A stretch of 64,000 bases of DNA. Source: Nemertoderma westbladi (taxonomy: Eukaryota; Animalia; Xenacoelomorpha). Location: NCBI GenBank assembly GCA_032718475.1, contig JAUCBJ010000528.1, positions 12,381 to 76,380 on the forward strand, in the 5' to 3' direction. Below are positions 60,039-64,000 of this stretch, one piece after another. The notes beneath the pieces were generated by a model, which did no database searches, was not told where the DNA came from, and saw nothing but the letters and a program-made list of their open reading frames with translations. Position 1 is the stretch's first letter. Every line of letters starts with the position of its first letter. Both the position numbers and the translations under genes were made by a program.

Positions 60039-62725
60039 TCTAACACCTCGTCACTTCGCTAAAACCTCGACACCTCACTAAAACCTCGACACCTCACTAA
60101 CACCTCGTCACCCGCTAACACCTCGTCAACCCCGCTAACATCTCGTCACCCCGCTAACACCTCGTCAATCCCACTATCACCTCGTCACCCAGCTAACACC
60201 TCGTCAACCCCGCTAACACCTCGTCCCCCATTAACACCTCGTCACCCCGCTAACATCTCGTCACCTCGCTAACACCTTGTCAACCCCGCTAACACCTCGT
60301 CACCCGCTAACATCTCGTCACCCCGCTAACACCTCGTCACCCCGCTAACACCTCGTCATCCCCGCTAACATCTCGTCACCCCGCTAACACCTTGTCACCC
60401 CGTTAACACCTCGTCACCCCGCTAACACCTCGTTACCCGCTAACACCTCGTCACCCCGCTAACACCTCGTCACCCCGCTAACACCTCGTCATCCCCGCTA
60501 ACATCTCGTCACCCCGCTAACACATCGTCACCCCGCTAACACCTCGTCACCCCGCTAACACCTCGTCAACCCCGCTAACACCTCGTCAAGCCCGCTAACA
60601 CCTCGTCAACCCCGCTGACATCTCGTCAACTCGCTAACACCTCGTCACCCCGCTAACACCTCATCCCCCGCCAACACCTCGTCACCCCGCTAACACCTCG
60701 TCAACCCCGCTAACATCTCGTCAACCCCGCTAACATCTCGTCACCCCGCTAACACCTTGCCACTCCGCTAACACCTCGTCCCCCGCTAACACCTCGTCAC
60801 CCCGCCGCTAACACCTCATCAACCCCGCTAACATCTCGTCACCCCGCTAGCACCTCGCCACCCCGCTAACACCTCGTCCCCCGATAACTCCTCGTCACCC
60901 CGCTAACACCTCGTCACCCCGCTAACACCTCGTCACCACGCTAACACCTCGTCACCTCCCTAACACCTCATCACCTCTCTCGTCACCCGCTAACATCTCG
61001 TCACCCCGCTAACACCTCGTCACCTCCCTAACACCTCGTCACCCTGCTAACAACTCGTCCCCCGCTAACACCTCATCACCCTGCTAACACCTCGTTAACC
61101 CCGATAACATCTGGTCACCCCACTAACACCTCGTCACCCCGCTAACACCTCGTCAACCCCGCTAACACCTCGTCAACCCCGCTAACACCTCGTCAACCCC
61201 GCTAACATCTCGTCACCCCGCTAACACCTGGCCACCCCGCTAACACATCGTCCCCCGCTAACACCTCGGCACCCCGCAAACACCTCGTCACCTCCCTAAC
61301 ACCTCGTCACCTCCCTCGCCACCCGCTAACACCTCGTCATCTCGCTAACACCTCGTCAACCCCGCTAACACCTCGTCGACCCCGCTAACACCTCGTCAAC
61401 CCCGCTAACATCTCGTCAACCCGCTAACACCTCGTCACCCCGCTAACACCTCGTCCCCCGCAAACACCTCGTCACCCCGCTAACACCTCGTCAACCCCGC
61501 TAACATCTCGTCACCCCGCTAACACCTCGCCACCCCGCTAACACCTCGCCACCCCGCTAACACCTCGTCACCTCCCTAACACCTCGTCACCTCCCTCGTC
61601 ATCCGCTAACATCTCGTCACCCCGCTAATACCTCGTCACCTCCCTAACACCTCGTCACCCCGCTAACACCTCGTCCCCCGTTAACACCTCGTCACCCTGC
61701 TAACACCTCGTCAACCCCGCTAACATCTGGTCACCCCGCTAACAGCTCGTCACCCCGCTAACACCTCGTCACCTCGATAACACCTCGTCACCTCGATAAC
61801 ACCTCGTCAACCCCGCTAACACCTCGTCAACCCCGCTAACACCTCGTCAACCCCGCTAACATCTCGTCAACCCGCTAACACCTCGCTATCCCGTTAACAC
61901 CTCGTCAACCTGCTAACACCTCGTCACCCCGCTAACACCTCGTCCCCCGCTAACACCTCGTCACCCTGCTAACACCTCGTCAACCCCGCTAACATCTGGT
62001 CACCCCGCTAACACCTCGTCACCCCGCTAACACCTCGTCACCCCGCTAACACCTCGCTAAAACCTCGTCAACACCGCTAACACGTCGTCAACCCCGCTAA
62101 CATCTCGTCAACCCGCTAACACCTCGCTATCCCGCTAACACCTCGTCAACCCGCTAACACCTCGTCACCCCGCTAACACCTCGTCCCCCGCTAACACATC
62201 GTCACCCTGCTAACACATCGTCAACCCCGCTAACATCTGGTCACCCCGCTAACACCTCGTCACCCCGCTAACACCTCGTCACCCCGCTAACACCTCGTCA
62301 ACTCCGCTAACACCTCGTCAACCCCGCTAACATCTCGTCAACCCTCTAACACCTCGCCACCCCGCTAACACCTCGTCAACCCGCTAACACCTCGTCACCC
62401 CGCTAACACCTCGTCACCTCGCTAACATCTCGTCACCCCGTAAACACCTCGCCACTCCGTAAACACCTCGTCACCTCGCTAACATCTCGTCACCCCGTAA
62501 ACACCTCGCCACCCCGTAAACACCTCATCACCCCGTAAACACCTCGCCACCCCGTAAACACCTTGCCACCCCGTAAACACCTCGTCACCTCGCTAACATC
62601 TCGTCACCCCGCTAACACCTCAACACCTCGCTAACATCTTGTCACCCCGCTAACATATCGCCACCCCGCTAACACCTCGTCACCACGTTCTCGCCACCCC
62701 GTAAACACCTCGTCAACTCTCTCAC

Positions 62726-63150
62726 CTGCGCATCGAATGATCTCTATTCTGTTGGTTCCGCAACTGTTGCCAAGTAACGGAAGGTGTTTCCTGGAGACAG
62801 TTTAGTTTAGATGGCGGTTGTCTCAGCGACAGATCGAGCTGTTTAGCTAAATAAACGACGTTGTTTGGGTTGGCGAAGCCGAGAATGTTACGGAGCAGTT
62901 CGGTGTATGAGGTTGCGGGTTCGGTGCGAACGTGTTGGTTGCGTCGGTAGTTGGTAGGGAGATCGTCTCCGTCGACCAGACCCAAGGTGAGGTAGCTGGT
63001 GGGTGGGCGTTCCTTGGCGACGGACTCCCTCAAAGAGACAAGGACCCGGTCGTCGGCGGGTTCCGAGTGGGTGACACGGGCCCGGATGACGTCACCAACG
63101 TGTAGCCGATGGAGCATCCGGGACGGAATCTCTTTATCGGGACAGAACGC
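62726..63150 (-). CDS. TTC14: TTC14 exon (C-terminal part of S1-like OB domain plus linker); upstream exons not located, probably beyond the window
   Basis: AFCP...VGDVIRARV...VLVSL...LGLVDGDDLPTNYRR...SY..LL...LGFANP..V.YL...L....PPS....LQ...LR.QQ resembles TTC14 ALCP...TGDIIRA...LGVISSEELPLYYRR...LGFVNPGVVEFL. Acceptor tttacAG|GCG, donor AG|GTGAGA, 425 bp (phase 0 to 2). Confidence 0.92.
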
Positions 63151-63613
63151 CTGTAAATAATTCGCCCCATAATAAATATGGATTCACTACAATAAATGAA
63201 ATGGGAAGGATTTACTGACAGCGAATTGGATTAAGTTTAATATCAACAAAAAAACTAACCACGATACGGAGTGGATCCAAATCCAAGGAGCAATCGAAAG
63301 AGAAACAGATTAAAGAAAGGAAAATACCGGATGACTTCTTGGTGATAACTTTGCCGATAACCAAAGTATCTTGTTGGAAAGTCTGAAAATTTTATAAATA
63401 CTTATAAATAAAAATGGACGATCTTGCTGCTTGCTTAGGTAACCAACCGACTCATACTGTAACATTGTTTGTATGCCACTACACAATGAAGCTCGGCACC
63501 ACTGCATTACTCCGCCAGCTGCCCATCCTGCCACAATTATCAGCTTAAATACTGAATTGACTTGCATAATCTTATAAATAACACGTGTTTAACTTTCGTT
63601 TATTGGGCTCAAA

Positions 63614-63840
63614 TCAATTTGGTGCACACCACTTGACTGCCTGATTTTTTTGGTTATAGAGTGACTATTGACTGTCTGACCATGTGACTACTGACTGTCT
63701 GTGTCTGACCCTATGGTTTCCCTCAATTGGTAAAGTGATCGTTTATTGTTTTGGTTAGAAAAGCCCGCCCCTGTAACCTGCTCCTTTCCCTATAAATGGG
63801 CAATTTTGAAAAAAATCACAAGTGGTGTGCACCAAATTGA
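63614..63840. mobile_element. MITE-like element with 22-bp perfect inverted repeats
   Basis: TCAATTTGGTGCACACCACTTG (63614-63635) and CAAGTGGTGTGCACCAAATTGA (63819-63840). Confidence 0.7.
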
Positions 63841-64000
63841 ATTGATTATTCCCGTTTAATGTTTTGGTTCCCTTAACTCGCCTCACCTGCTCCTTGCCTA
63901 ACCTACCTACAGCCGCAGCTCTATTATCAACCAGACGAGAGACCAGTCACCCAGATAGCCAATATCAAATATAAAATTATAATAGAAAAAGCTGTGCTGG

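Larger units (their letters stand above)
57950..62720. repeat. Degenerate 17-20-bp minisatellite (CTAACACCTCGTCACCCCG) filling a TTC14 intron, interrupted by a Copia fragment
   Basis: Visible at 57950-58513 and 60039-62720; begins a few nt after the donor at 62725. Confidence 0.95.

Noticed and set aside
63310-63567. 85-aa minus-strand ORF as a possible upstream TTC14 exon
   Set aside because: No resemblance to the expected S1-domain N-terminal half and no convincing splice sites.

Overview
Repeat-rich eukaryotic (metazoan, probably invertebrate) genomic window. Two host genes lie on the minus strand: an apparently intronless KANSL2 (3125-5443) and the 3' five exons of TTC14 (63150-62726, 57836-57594, 45211-45094, 43369-43182, 42609-37500). 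I reconstructed the TTC14 exons by hand; all are GT-AG and phase-consistent, and the last is a ~1700-codon Ser/Arg-repeat exon. Mobile elements: an intact BEL/Pao gag-pol ORF (9627-17699) with a diverged duplicate of its 3' end, two decayed LINEs joined tail-to-tail inside a 62-bp satellite, a GalEa-type Copia 3' fragment with its LTR, and several MITE/foldback elements. One foldback has an 8-bp TSD and GG termini; another has ~105-bp TIRs around a 50-bp satellite. About half the window is tandem repeat. The most striking pattern is that two consecutive TTC14 introns start with arrays whose unit is the exon end plus the 5' splice site itself (~355 x 25 bp and ~20 x 70 bp). A third intron is filled by a minisatellite starting right after its donor, and an 8.4-kb satellite is built from the terminus of a MITE-like element. 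All identifications come from motif recognition by eye; no database search was run and copy numbers are span divided by unit length.
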